A model generated the notes under the pieces. That model was not told where the DNA came from. It searched no databases and saw only the letters and a program-made list of their open reading frames with translations. Positions 25,801 to 34,511 of a stretch of DNA of 64,000 nt are shown piece by piece. Within the stretch, counting starts at the first letter, position 1. Each line of letters opens with the position of its first letter. A program made the position numbers and the translations under genes. Location of the stretch: the sequence record MW373745.1. One strand, 5' to 3'.

Positions 25801-26404
25801 CCCAGCTGCAAATTCAACACCAAAAGAAACAAAAGCAGATATTAAGCCAGCTTCAAAACCAGTAGCGTCAGCTCCAAAAGCAGTTCCTAAAGCTGCTAGC
25901 TATGGTACACCACACAGAGGTCAATATGATGCAGAAACAATGGAAGACTTCAACAACTTAGGAGATAACTTTAGTAAATCCAAATCACCAATTTCTTTAC
26001 CTGGAGATTCGAAATCTAACGTTCAAACTAACAATGCTGGCTCAGTAGTACCAGTAACTCCTGTAGTTAATATAAAGAATAATTCATCTCCAAGTGATTA
26101 TTCTTGGGCTTCTAAAAACAGTTTTAAAATTGCTAGAATGTTTGGGTTAGATGGCATCAGCGATTACGAAATACTTAATGAAGGTTCAGAATCTGACTTT
26201 TTACAATCTTATGGTATGTCTAAAAGACAAGCAATTCAATCAGCAGGGTTAAACAATACAGTACAAACCAAAGTTGCTAGTAATGTTAAAACAAAAGATG
26301 TGATACCAGCTGTCAATAAAACCCAAATAAATAATACCAATATACAGACTAAAACAAAAGAAACTTCTAATAAAGATTTGACTGATTCTTTTGTTTTGAG
26401 CTAA
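22841..26404 (+). CDS. Tape-measure/baseplate-hub-like protein with a CHAP/NlpC-type peptidoglycan hydrolase domain
   Basis: Long helical Ala/Ser-rich protein; GACAKYVR...GD...YGHIAIWNG..WVSDF (Cys/His dyad); lies upstream of the gp48/gp53-like genes. Confidence 0.65.
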   Translation: MSIIKSTARGIRGTYRAGKNAVNSVNSAYNSAVSGINKVNSALDPMNTVRSATQRLNNWMDSDSKVSKTTQKNNDSIVSELNNVANEVVSAAKALDPMNARKLTEISESLKNISKQISDIKKGLIDNQDTEIRHQGFDKNVQNVSESKVNVPQNKSFFDKLLGWLGGLLGISAGALLPLLGSLGSFLTKPLDFILDLLKGGINKLWTLFEPLLGPIIDPLKNGFEFLKNKWNSLVDFINKKINIGDKWKISDNDNPKNPKSPKVSSSNPAKEQSWMSKKWDSFKGAMQNGYDWASQKVDDLKSYASKKYQDIKNSKVGKIISAGYDKLKAAQKYIVEKAIEGFDAVKNMVSSAWDSAVKAAQKGFNMLKKFALAPMEKFVSSVGKKLFGSSKLFSVLPSILGNLEKIGARLAASGAKIASKALPGVGFAVGIYQAWDFFTRGRWVLGSIAALSACISLLPGIGGIISMCLDLGLFATDIITSPDDVDNLNKEQNDLVNTANKMVQNNDTGGILEPSQVEKDKAQSGVQDSSSNSSSSNKGLNAKVLDGKSANDFAASYTPHKVDSNGTVIAAKTGSIYKGLTWVESEKYDAEKQAYFKKREEKEAQLDALFEQGQKAMNSGDTETFNKLVTQRNKLSDELSKMSLDSIDSKYQAIGQARIKKLQSQGANADLSVFRTNGDSSTSSGGTDTKPDSTNASASVASQASGSISPAQVQGAQSTEAQGSSSGGSPGARAAAEFSKKYNLGTRATGACAKYVRSYLMAAGYPLSGWPVAAADYINFLPKYGFTPVQGRASQISPEVGDISITQRFGNHKYGHIAIWNGSNWVSDFKQNSVSIYRDVNAFGGPDANITILRDTSGQNPSQELVNQQLSNMNSSFKVALGGGGAKGAVYSLDSGVSNVVTNTAGAAASVISSGVSSIQSFANANSITTRKSLTQMYTESGLSTSFGSSSAPQAASPAANSTPKETKADIKPASKPVASVPQAASPAANSTPKETKADIKPASKPVASAPKAVPKAASYGTPHRGQYDAETMEDFNNLGDNFSKSKSPISLPGDSKSNVQTNNAGSVVPVTPVVNIKNNSSPSDYSWASKNSFKIARMFGLDGISDYEILNEGSESDFLQSYGMSKRQAIQSAGLNNTVQTKVASNVKTKDVIPAVNKTQINNTNIQTKTKETSNKDLTDSFVLS
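25699..25871 (+). repeat. 87-bp tandem duplication (PQAASPAANSTPKETKADIKPASKPVAS x2)
   Basis: Units start at 25699 and 25786. Confidence 0.95.
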
Positions 26405-26431
26405 GGTTCATTAAATGCAAAGGATTAAATT

Positions 26432-27364
26432 TTGGGATTATTTGGTTCTGTCAGTAGTGTTATTTCAGGTGTTGATTTACCAAAAGCTACGAAAACTTTC
26501 TCGGCCAACAATGGTGCTGAAATTCTAAAATTTACCAAATCTTTAGAATCTGATAATTTTAAACACAAACAAATAATATTGACTGTTTATGACCCAAATG
26601 ATTTCTATAAAAAAGTCAAAGATGCTATTGGTCAAAAAATGTCAAGCCTGATGACAGCAGGAACTTCAGCATTTTCTGGTGATGGGTATGATTCTTCAGA
26701 TGCTAGCCAAACTCTAAAAGATGCTGGTCAAGACATTGTAGATATGTCAGCAGTCAATATATTATATACAATACATTTACCATTAATGAATGCGTTCCAA
26801 GAACAAAACTCTCATAATTATTCTGAAGATACTGGTATTTTAGGTTCTATGTCAAATGCTGCTAATGAATTATCAAGTACAGCTAGTTCTGGTATAATTG
26901 AAGCTTATGGTAGATTTGGAGATTTTGGTGGAAATACAGATAATATGGCATTTGCTCCGCAACTACCACAAGTAGATCCATTAAAATGGCAAAACTTTAA
27001 AGGTTCTAACTTAAGAACATTTCAATTTACTTTTAAAATATCTCCCAGAAACATAGATGAAGCTTCTAATATGATGCGAATATTTTGGTTATTAAAAAGA
27101 AGTTCATACCCTAAAAAAGAAGCTGGTGGTGTCTTATTGATACCGCCTGCAAGAATAGGTGTCCAATTTTCAAACCCACTGCTACATAAGTTGATAGCTC
27201 CTGGTATTTGTGTAATAGATGGTGTTTCTATGGTTTATGAAAACGGTGATGATATTGCTGTGACATTAGATGGAGTTCCAAAGAAAATAGAGTTTACATT
27301 ATCATTAAAAGAATTCCGTCAAAAATACCAGGATGATTGGAATTTTGAAAATGCTAGTCTATAG
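26432..27364 (+). CDS. Baseplate tail-tube cap (T4 gp48-like)
   Basis: LRTFQFTFKISPRN..EA...PP...CVI...P....LSLKE. Confidence 0.7.
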   Translation: MGLFGSVSSVISGVDLPKATKTFSANNGAEILKFTKSLESDNFKHKQIILTVYDPNDFYKKVKDAIGQKMSSLMTAGTSAFSGDGYDSSDASQTLKDAGQDIVDMSAVNILYTIHLPLMNAFQEQNSHNYSEDTGILGSMSNAANELSSTASSGIIEAYGRFGDFGGNTDNMAFAPQLPQVDPLKWQNFKGSNLRTFQFTFKISPRNIDEASNMMRIFWLLKRSSYPKKEAGGVLLIPPARIGVQFSNPLLHKLIAPGICVIDGVSMVYENGDDIAVTLDGVPKKIEFTLSLKEFRQKYQDDWNFENASL

Positions 27365-27372
27365 GAGTTAGA

Positions 27373-27864
27373 ATGTATATTAGTAAGCAACTTACAAATT
27401 ATTTAGATAATTATTCGTTCAGTGAAGCTAATAAAACTGAAGCAGAAGTTTGTAATGTTAGAGATTACAGGTCTATGGATTATAGCACTATAACAAAATA
27501 TATTAATGATTCTAATACTATTAATGTTAAAATAAATGCAAATGATTTCATTGAAAGTGTTTCTAATAGATTGTATAATGATCCTAATTTATGGGATTTA
27601 TTAATGCTTATTAATAATAAAGATGCCTTGAGTGATATGCCTTATGATAATGATAGAATAGCAGATATGGCTGACGAATTGATAGCCAATTATTTTAATA
27701 ATCCTGAGAAACCATACCAAGGTAATGTTACTGAACAATTAATAACCGAATACAGGGAATATTTGATAGATTTATTGACACAAAAGAATTATCAAAATAT
27801 GATTATAAAAGCTTTAGACCCTGCTTATTTGGGTGACTTCTTAAGACTTTTTAAGTACAAATAA
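27373..27864 (+). CDS. Baseplate wedge protein (T4 gp53-like)
   Basis: ESVSNRLYNDPNLWDLLMLIN LysM-like motif. Confidence 0.7.
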   Translation: MYISKQLTNYLDNYSFSEANKTEAEVCNVRDYRSMDYSTITKYINDSNTINVKINANDFIESVSNRLYNDPNLWDLLMLINNKDALSDMPYDNDRIADMADELIANYFNNPEKPYQGNVTEQLITEYREYLIDLLTQKNYQNMIIKALDPAYLGDFLRLFKYK

Positions 27865-27870
27865 TTTAAT

Positions 27871-28119
27871 AAGCCAAGCATTTTTTATACTTTTTAATAT
27901 TAGTTTAAGCTTTGCTTTAAGTTTTAAGCATATGCTGGGATATAATACTATAGTATATACTACTAAAAACCTTAGCATTTTTTATACTTTTTAATATTGC
28001 TTTAAGTTTTAAGCATATACTAGGATATAATACTATAGTATATACTATTAAAAAGCCAAGCATTTTTTATACTTTTTAATATTGCTTTAAGTTTTAGACT
28101 TATACTATAGTATATACCT
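27871..28119. repeat. Intergenic tandem repeats (units of 97 and 85 bp plus a partial third) running into the gap
   Basis: agcattttttatactttttaatatt at 27877, 27974 and 28059; each unit has the palindrome atactatagtat. Confidence 0.9.
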
Positions 28120-28219
28120 NNNNNNNNNNNNNNNNNNNNNNNNNNNNNNNNNNNNNNNNNNNNNNNNNNNNNNNNNNNNNNNNNNNNNNNNNNNNNNNNN
28201 NNNNNNNNNNNNNNNNNNN
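28120..28219. other. Scaffold gap of exactly 100 N
   Basis: Run of N; unrelated phage types on either side. Confidence 0.98.
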
Positions 28220-28234
28220 CAAAACGAAGTTATT

Positions 28235-28666
28235 TTGTATATTGATGAAAATTCGATAAAAGAAAAGCCAAAGGCAAATAAAACAGAACAAATACAAACG
28301 CAAGATGATTTTAAGCCTTTAAATTTAGAAACCATAGAGCAAGAACTCACACAAAAAACTATCAAAGATTTAGAAAATTTAGGCATTTATAATCCTTTAG
28401 AAAATGATATTATTAAAACTTATGTTAAAAATCTCATTTTTTTAGAATGCACAAGCAAGGAAATGGAGAAAAAAGGTTTTACAACAAGCACAGATAAAGG
28501 AACGCCTATTGTAACGCCTGAACTTATAGCTTTTAATTCTTTGACTAAAAATATTATAGGCTTAGCAAAAGTTTTAGGCATAGGCTCTCCAAATCGTGCA
28601 AGGCTAAATTTAAAAGATAAAAAAGAAAAATCAGCTTTTGATGTGCTTTTAGAAGATGAAAGTTAA
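28235..28666 (+). CDS. terS: Terminase small subunit (P27 family), 5' end probably lost in the gap
   Basis: KGF...PEL...LAKVLGIGSPNRARL pattern; directly upstream of terL. Confidence 0.8.
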   Translation: MYIDENSIKEKPKANKTEQIQTQDDFKPLNLETIEQELTQKTIKDLENLGIYNPLENDIIKTYVKNLIFLECTSKEMEKKGFTTSTDKGTPIVTPELIAFNSLTKNIIGLAKVLGIGSPNRARLNLKDKKEKSAFDVLLEDES

Positions 28667-28669
28667 ATT

Positions 28670-30295
28670 ATGGATAAATTAAGAGCAAGAGAAGATATAT
28701 TAAATTACGCTTTAGCTTATATTAAACAAAAAAACAAAGAATTTGAAAACTCGCCCTTTTATATTGATGAGAAAATAGCTAAAAAAGCGGTTTTATTTAT
28801 TTCTCTTTTAAAGCACACCGATGGCGAATTAGCCGGTAAGCCCTTTCAGCTTTTAAATTTTCAAATCGAGTTTATCATCGATATCATCGCCACTTATTCT
28901 AAGGAAAAAAACGCCAGAAGATACTCTTACGCTTTGCTTTTTATCCCAAGAAAAAATGGTAAAACAGAGTTAATCGGAGCTATTTTGCTTTATTTTTTAT
29001 TTATTGATAAAGAAAAGGGTAAAAAAATATATTGTGCCGCAAATGAAACCGAACAAGCAAAATTAGTTTTTAATGCTGCTTCATCTATGGTAAGCCAAGA
29101 AGAAGAATTAAATAAAATGTGCTATCAATATAAAACCTATAGAGAAATCCGTAAGAAAAACGCTAAATTTGAAGATTTTATAAAGGTTCTAACAGCTACA
29201 AGTGAGACAAAAGACGGCTTAAGACCTTATGTTTTTATTTACGATGAGCTTCACGCTGCCAAAAATGGGGATTTATATAAGGTTTTAGAAGAAGGAACGG
29301 CAAGTCGTGTAAATTCTTTATGTATAGTCATTTCAACAGCAGGATATAATCATTTTGGAGAGATGAAAAAGCAATATGATTATTGCAAACAAGTTAAAAA
29401 TGGCATTATAAACGACCCATCAACTTATGCAAAGATTTATGAGCCTGATGCTGATGATGATTGGAACGATGAAAAAACTTGGATCAAAGTTAATCCTGCT
29501 TTGGGTTATGGCGTAAAGCTTGAAAAATTAAGAGAATATTATCAAAAAGCTTTAGCAAACGCAAATGATGAGGTGAGTTTTAAAACAAAACATTTAAATA
29601 TATGGACTTCAAATGCTACTTCTTTTATAAAAGATGATGATTTTTTAAAATGCAGTTTTAAAGAACTTGATTTAAAAGGCGATGTTTATGTTGGACTTGA
29701 TCTATCTGCTACCACTGATTTAACTGCTTTAGCTTTAATTTGCGAAGTGGATAAAATCTTACATGTGGATTTTAAATTTTATGCACCAGAACTTAGTGCA
29801 AGAGAGAGAAGTAAAAGAGATAAAGTGCCTTATTTAGAATGGGCAAAACTTGGCTTTTTAACTCTAACGCCAGGTAATAGTGTTGATTATGACTATTTAA
29901 TTAACGATATCTTAGCTCTAAATAAAAAATTAAATATCAAAATGATAGGTTATGATCCATGGAATAGTTTAGAAGTAGCCAAAAAGTTAAGCGATGAAAA
30001 TATAGAGTGCGTTCAGATTAGACAAGGTTTTGCAAGTATTAGCGAACCTTTAAAAGAATACCAAATCAGAGTTTTAAAACAAACTTTAAATCACAATAAC
30101 AATCCTATTTTTAGATGGTGTAATTCAAATTTAGTTATTGATCAAGATGCAAGAGAAAACATAAAGCCTGATAAGAAAAAATCAAGTGAAAGGATAGATG
30201 CAATTTCGGCTTTAGTCACTGCAATCGCCACTAAAAACAGCATAGAAAAACCAAAAATCAATGTTTATGAAAAAAGAGGTATAAGGTTTTTATAG
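28670..30295 (+). CDS. terL: Terminase large subunit
   Basis: Walker A IPRKNGKT, YDELH, ISTAG, GLDLS, ERIDAISAL. Confidence 0.95.
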   Translation: MDKLRAREDILNYALAYIKQKNKEFENSPFYIDEKIAKKAVLFISLLKHTDGELAGKPFQLLNFQIEFIIDIIATYSKEKNARRYSYALLFIPRKNGKTELIGAILLYFLFIDKEKGKKIYCAANETEQAKLVFNAASSMVSQEEELNKMCYQYKTYREIRKKNAKFEDFIKVLTATSETKDGLRPYVFIYDELHAAKNGDLYKVLEEGTASRVNSLCIVISTAGYNHFGEMKKQYDYCKQVKNGIINDPSTYAKIYEPDADDDWNDEKTWIKVNPALGYGVKLEKLREYYQKALANANDEVSFKTKHLNIWTSNATSFIKDDDFLKCSFKELDLKGDVYVGLDLSATTDLTALALICEVDKILHVDFKFYAPELSARERSKRDKVPYLEWAKLGFLTLTPGNSVDYDYLINDILALNKKLNIKMIGYDPWNSLEVAKKLSDENIECVQIRQGFASISEPLKEYQIRVLKQTLNHNNNPIFRWCNSNLVIDQDARENIKPDKKKSSERIDAISALVTAIATKNSIEKPKINVYEKRGIRFL

Positions 30296-30349
30296 CTTAA
30301 TAAATTTAGAAGTAAAAATGAGTAAAATTATATTTTTCAAGGAGTTTTT

Positions 30350-30784
30350 TTGATAAATTGTAATGATAAATTTGATAAATGGAATAATGAAAAGAAAAAA
30401 CTACAAATAAAAGAAAATAAAATAATAAGCATAGGTAAGATTTATTGGGTTAGCATAGGACAAAATATAGGCAGTGAAGTTTATGGAAAACATAATGACT
30501 TCAAAAGACCGGTTTTAGTTTTAAACAAAATATACATTGAGGATTATGTTAATCTTTTTGTTGGCGTTCCATTAACAAGCAAAATAGAAAATAAAACAGG
30601 TTTTCTTTATCATCACTTCACAGATAGTAAAAACAGAAAGCAAGTAGCTCTATTATCACAAGTAAGAACCTTTGATACTAAAAGAATAATAAGTTATTAT
30701 AATGGAAAAATCAAAAAAGAAGATTTAGAAACAATTAGAGAAAAAATAACAAAGAAAATAATATCCCCGCACATGGCGGGGTAA
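30350..30784 (+). CDS. Orphan PemK/MazF-family endoribonuclease toxin (moron)
   Basis: IYWVSIGQNIGSEVYGK...KRPVLVL...GVPLTSK...ALLSQVRTFDTKRI. Confidence 0.8.
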   Translation: MINCNDKFDKWNNEKKKLQIKENKIISIGKIYWVSIGQNIGSEVYGKHNDFKRPVLVLNKIYIEDYVNLFVGVPLTSKIENKTGFLYHHFTDSKNRKQVALLSQVRTFDTKRIISYYNGKIKKEDLETIREKITKKIISPHMAG

Positions 30785-30875
30785 CTCGTAAATGAGCCAA
30801 CTCTCCTTATCAGAAGAAGTCTAAAACCTACTTTTAAAGTTTTACAATTCTTATGATCACTGAGAAATTATATCA
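30755..30875 (-). ncRNA. Putative antisense RNA overlapping the 3' end of the PemK-like gene
   Basis: Minus-strand extended -10 TGATATAAT at 30867-30875; GC hairpin ccccgc/gcgggg at 30765-30781 followed on the minus strand by a T-rich tract. Confidence 0.45.
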
Positions 30876-30888
30876 TTTTTTTTATAAA

Positions 30889-30921
30889 ACGCACTTTAAC
30901 GCCTCAAACTTTTTTTAAAAT
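30889..30921 (+). promoter_or_regulatory. Conserved late-promoter motif, copy 1 (upstream of portal)
   Basis: ACGCACTTTAACGCCTCAAA, with TAAAAT starting 27 bp after the motif start. Confidence 0.7.
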
Positions 30922-30943
30922 AAGTAAAAAATAAAGGTTTTGC

Positions 30944-32116
30944 ATGTTCAATAAAATAAGATCATTATTTACAAAAAAAGCACGAAATAATGAATTTGTT
31001 AATAGCTTAGAAATTTTATTAGAAGATAAAATAAAAGCTGAGGAACTTTCAGCAGTAATTGCCGCAATCTCAAATATTAGCGAGACCATAGCATCTTTGC
31101 CATTAAATTTATATCAAAGAACAACTGATGGATCAAAACTAGCCTCTAATCACCCCTTATATGAACTCATCAAAATCGCACCAAATGAAACAATGACACC
31201 TTTTACACTCTTTGAGGCTTTTATGGTACAAATGTTAATTTATGGCAATGGTTTTTTATATCCTGTTAAAAAAAGAAACGGGGTGATTAATTCTATAGAA
31301 CTCATAGAAAATAAAGACATTAATATCTTTAAAATGAATGGAAAGTATTTTTATCAAGCTTACTCAAAAAATGGCAGTATTGTTTTAAATTATGATGAGG
31401 TTTTAAATGTGCCTTATCATACTAAAGATGGAGTAAAAGGTATCGCACCGCTTAGAAAAAGCAAAAATACCACAGAACTTGCAACAGCTATAGAACAGCA
31501 CGGACTTAGCTTTTTTAAAAATGGAAGTTTTACAAGTGGCGTTATATCTGTACCAAATGAATTAAGCGAAGAGGCATATTCGAGATTAAAACAATCCTTT
31601 AAAGAAAATTATAGCCAAAAAAAAGCTTATAATATTTCTATTTTAGAGGGTGGAGCAAGTTATGCACAAACTACAAGTGCGAATAAAAATAGCCAGTTTT
31701 TAGAAAGCAAACAATTTCAAGTGATAGAAATCGCAAGACTTTTTAATATCCCACCGCACAAACTTGGAGATTTAAGTCGTGCGACTTTTTCAAATATCGA
31801 ACAACAAGAGACAAATTATATGGTGCAAACCATAACACCTCTAACAACTAAAATCGAACAAGCCCTAAATCGCTTTTTATTAAACCAAAATGAAAGAAAA
31901 GAATTTTATTTTAAATTCAATATCAACGCTATTTTAAGAGCTGATAGTTCTTCAAGGTGGGAAAGCTATGTAAAAGCTTTAAGTAATGGCGTGATGAGTA
32001 TAAACGAAGTAAGAGCCTTGGAAGAAATGAACCCAATTGATAATGGAAACGATCATTTAATACCGCTTAATCTCGCCAAAATAGATGAAAAAGACACACA
32101 AAAAGGCAATCAATGA
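30944..32116 (+). CDS. Portal protein, HK97 family
   Basis: SETIASLPL, GNGF, EIARLFNIPPHKLG, SNIEQQ, GVMSINEVRALE. Confidence 0.95.
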   Translation: MFNKIRSLFTKKARNNEFVNSLEILLEDKIKAEELSAVIAAISNISETIASLPLNLYQRTTDGSKLASNHPLYELIKIAPNETMTPFTLFEAFMVQMLIYGNGFLYPVKKRNGVINSIELIENKDINIFKMNGKYFYQAYSKNGSIVLNYDEVLNVPYHTKDGVKGIAPLRKSKNTTELATAIEQHGLSFFKNGSFTSGVISVPNELSEEAYSRLKQSFKENYSQKKAYNISILEGGASYAQTTSANKNSQFLESKQFQVIEIARLFNIPPHKLGDLSRATFSNIEQQETNYMVQTITPLTTKIEQALNRFLLNQNERKEFYFKFNINAILRADSSSRWESYVKALSNGVMSINEVRALEEMNPIDNGNDHLIPLNLAKIDEKDTQKGNQ

Positions 32117-32655
32117 TAGAAGTAAAAGGCTTGAACGAATTAATGAAAGATTTGCAAAGCATAAGTAAAAAAGCTTTGCCAAATGCGGCTAAAAAAGGAG
32201 CTTTAGAAGTAGCAAAAGAAATCACAAATGATTATAAAAAGAATATTCCTAAACAAAGTGGACTTTTAAAGCAAAGTGTTAAGGCAGTTTCTAGTTATAC
32301 TTTAGAAAAAGGTGTTTATCGTGCTGCTTCGGTTGTTTTTAGAATGAAAAAAGTAGGTATAAAAAGATTTGAAAAATTAAAAAATGCTAAAAAATGGACA
32401 CAAGCAAAGAAAAATGAGAGAAAACAAAGAATGGATTATTTTGCGAGTGCGTATTATGCTCATTTTATAGAGTATGGATTTTTTCATAAAGGCGGAGTGA
32501 AAAAAAGTGCAAAAGGAAAACCAAATATAAGCGGAAAAAACACTTTTGTAAAAGGCACTTATACCATGCAAAAAGCAAAAGAGAAAATAGACCCAAAAAT
32601 GCAAAGCTTGGTTACAACAAAACTAAATGCTGAGTTAGACAAATTAGGATTTTAA
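32113..32655 (+). CDS. HK97 gp10-like tail completion protein
   Basis: IEVKGLNEL...SGLLKQS...YYAHFIEYG. Confidence 0.8.
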   Translation: MIEVKGLNELMKDLQSISKKALPNAAKKGALEVAKEITNDYKKNIPKQSGLLKQSVKAVSSYTLEKGVYRAASVVFRMKKVGIKRFEKLKNAKKWTQAKKNERKQRMDYFASAYYAHFIEYGFFHKGGVKKSAKGKPNISGKNTFVKGTYTMQKAKEKIDPKMQSLVTTKLNAELDKLGF

Positions 32656-33006
32656 ATGAAGGAATTTTTAAGCGATTTTTTAATGGGACTAAGCAAGGAA
32701 TTAAATATAGAAATTTACCCACTTTCAAGGCAAAAAACAAAGCTAGAAAAAGCATTTTTAATTTATGAAATCACAAGCGAAGAATTAAATTTAAGTATAG
32801 ATGATAAAATCTTAAGCAAAGAATTAGAAATTAATTTGAGCCTTTATACTCCAAAATACAAAGATTTAAGAGAGTTAAAAAGCAAAATTGAAAGTTTTAT
32901 TTTAAAATTTTATAAAAAACCTATTGAAATTTTAATACATGGAGAAGATAAAGATGAAGAGAGTGGATTTTTTACGAGTGAGATTTTTATCACTTATCGT
33001 TTATAA
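32656..33006 (+). CDS. Probable tail terminator
   Basis: Size and position between the gp10-like gene and the major tail protein. Confidence 0.55.
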   Translation: MKEFLSDFLMGLSKELNIEIYPLSRQKTKLEKAFLIYEITSEELNLSIDDKILSKELEINLSLYTPKYKDLRELKSKIESFILKFYKKPIEILIHGEDKDEESGFFTSEIFITYRL

Positions 33007-33059
33007 ATTTCTTTTCTATGTCCTACTTCAAGACAAAGAATAGTTAATTTTTCATCAAC
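32994..33059 (-). pseudogene. 3' remnant of a RelE/StbE-family toxin (VDEKLTILCLEVGHRKEIYKR*)
   Basis: The VGHRKEIY C-terminal signature; an in-frame stop shortly upstream and no start codon. Confidence 0.6.
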
Positions 33060-33114
33060 AAAAAATTAGAAAATAAAATACAAAAATATAGTTTTATGAA
33101 AAATATCTCTTAAT

Positions 33115-33147
33115 ACGCATTTTAACGCCTTAAACTTTTTATAAAAT
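33115..33147 (+). promoter_or_regulatory. Conserved late-promoter motif, copy 2 (upstream of major tail gene)
   Basis: ACGCATTTTAACGCCTTAAA, TAAAAT at +27. Confidence 0.7.
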
Positions 33148-33177
33148 CTCCTTACATTACTTATATAAGGAGAAAAG

Positions 33178-34158
33178 ATGTCAAAAGACAAAATAATTAC
33201 AGATGCCCCTGATGTGCAAGGGCTTAGAGTTTTAGTTTTATCTCGTGCTATGGAAAGTTTAGGAAAAGAAGCTATTCAAGCAGGATTTTTAACAAGTATT
33301 TCAGGTCTTAAAGGTGGAACTAGAGAAAGTCAAAAACTAAGCCCAATCAACGATAGAGATTATGAAGAAATCAACGCAGTGGGCAAAAAAACTTCAGCTA
33401 CTGTAAATATGAATTTACTTTATAAATTTGTTAAAGATGGTAATTTAGAAAGCTATGAGGGGGTAAATTATTTAGAAAAAGCTTTTGAAGAAAATGAAGA
33501 AGTTTTTATCATCGTAGAGATTAATGATGAGAGAAAAACCATGCTTAAAATCAAAATGAAATTAACAGGCTTTGAGCTTCAAAGCGAAGCAAATAATAAA
33601 TTCAGTGCAAATATCACAGCAGAAAAAATAGGCGAAGCTAAAGACATCACACCTTTTAGATTTGAAGAAAGTCAAAATATAGAACACAGTACAAAAGCTT
33701 TAAATGTGGGCGATGTGATGAGTGATAAAAAAGGTAAAATTATTTATTTTTACCCAAAAGAAAGCACACTTGAAAAACCAGAATTAAACGATGAAAGAAT
33801 GGTTTATGTTTTTGATGAGGTGCGAGGTGTTGTACCAAATCCTAGTACACAAACTTTTAACGAAAACAATGAATTTATAACCACAAAAGAAGCTGATAAA
33901 GTTTGGGAAAAAGAAAATGATGAAAATATTATTCATGAAAGCAAAACCGAACCAGAACAAGGGCAGACTTATGAGGAATTAAAAGGAAAAACATTATATT
34001 TTTATCCAAACGCCTTAACACTTCTTTATCCTGCAAATGAAGATATTCGCAAAAAATACACCATAGATCAAAGCTCAGGCATAGCAAGTGAAGCCACAAT
34101 GCAAACTTTTTTAAATGGAAAATTTAGCGATGCTTTAAGAAAAGGAGGTAAAAAATGA
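33178..34158 (+). CDS. Major tail protein with a duplicated C-terminal module
   Basis: Position before the chaperone and tape measure genes; two ...KGK.[IL]YFYP...TL..P......Y..D...G......QTF....F repeats. Confidence 0.7.
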   Translation: MSKDKIITDAPDVQGLRVLVLSRAMESLGKEAIQAGFLTSISGLKGGTRESQKLSPINDRDYEEINAVGKKTSATVNMNLLYKFVKDGNLESYEGVNYLEKAFEENEEVFIIVEINDERKTMLKIKMKLTGFELQSEANNKFSANITAEKIGEAKDITPFRFEESQNIEHSTKALNVGDVMSDKKGKIIYFYPKESTLEKPELNDERMVYVFDEVRGVVPNPSTQTFNENNEFITTKEADKVWEKENDENIIHESKTEPEQGQTYEELKGKTLYFYPNALTLLYPANEDIRKKYTIDQSSGIASEATMQTFLNGKFSDALRKGGKK

Positions 34159-34511
34159 AATTCAATGACTTTTTAAAACAACATTCTTTAAGAGAAAAAG
34201 AAATTTTAATCGAAGGTATTGATGAAAAATTCACAATTCGCCAACTTTCTATGCTCGAACAATTAGAGATTATGGAAAAAAATGGCATAGAAATACAAGA
34301 AAATAAAGATGATAAAATCAGCATCGATTTTATTAAGAAGAATTCAAATTTTAGAAAAGAAATCATCTTAAAGTGTTTAGTAGCTCCAAAAATCGATGAA
34401 AAAACCTTTGATAATCTCAATCAAGAGGGTTTAAACATTATCGCAAAAGTCGCAGACGAAATTTTAAAATTTACAAATGAAGTCCCAAAGCAAGAGAGCA
34501 AGGGCGATTAA
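34155..34511 (+). CDS. Tail assembly chaperone (gpG-like)
   Basis: Position; ends with the slippery heptamer C CCA AAG at 34484-34490. Confidence 0.75.
   Translation: MKFNDFLKQHSLREKEILIEGIDEKFTIRQLSMLEQLEIMEKNGIEIQENKDDKISIDFIKKNSNFRKEIILKCLVAPKIDEKTFDNLNQEGLNIIAKVADEILKFTNEVPKQESKGD

Larger units (their letters stand above)
1..28119. mobile_element. Fragment of a T4-like lytic Campylobacter myovirus (Firehammervirus/CP220-like)
   Basis: T4-type gp14/gp15/gp19/gp32/gp48/gp53/Rnl1 homologues, thyX, nrdB, a radical SAM gene, a TnpB-like gene and long intergenic tandem repeats; very AT-rich. Confidence 0.8.

Noticed and set aside
27871-28119. Long repeats as a CRISPR or guide array for the TnpB-like protein
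   Set aside because: Units are 85-97 bp near-copies without unique spacers, and lie 8.5 kb from the nuclease
28120-28219. A single hybrid lytic/temperate genome
   Set aside because: An exactly 100-N join at a repeat-ended contig indicates concatenation; physical linkage is unsupported
28100-28386. ORFs 28100-28303 and 28105-28386
   Set aside because: They run through the N gap and are artefacts
30739-30804. Minus-strand 21-codon TTG ORF within the PemK antisense region
   Set aside because: The SD-like AAGGAG is only 2 nt from the TTG; an RNA-level role is more plausible
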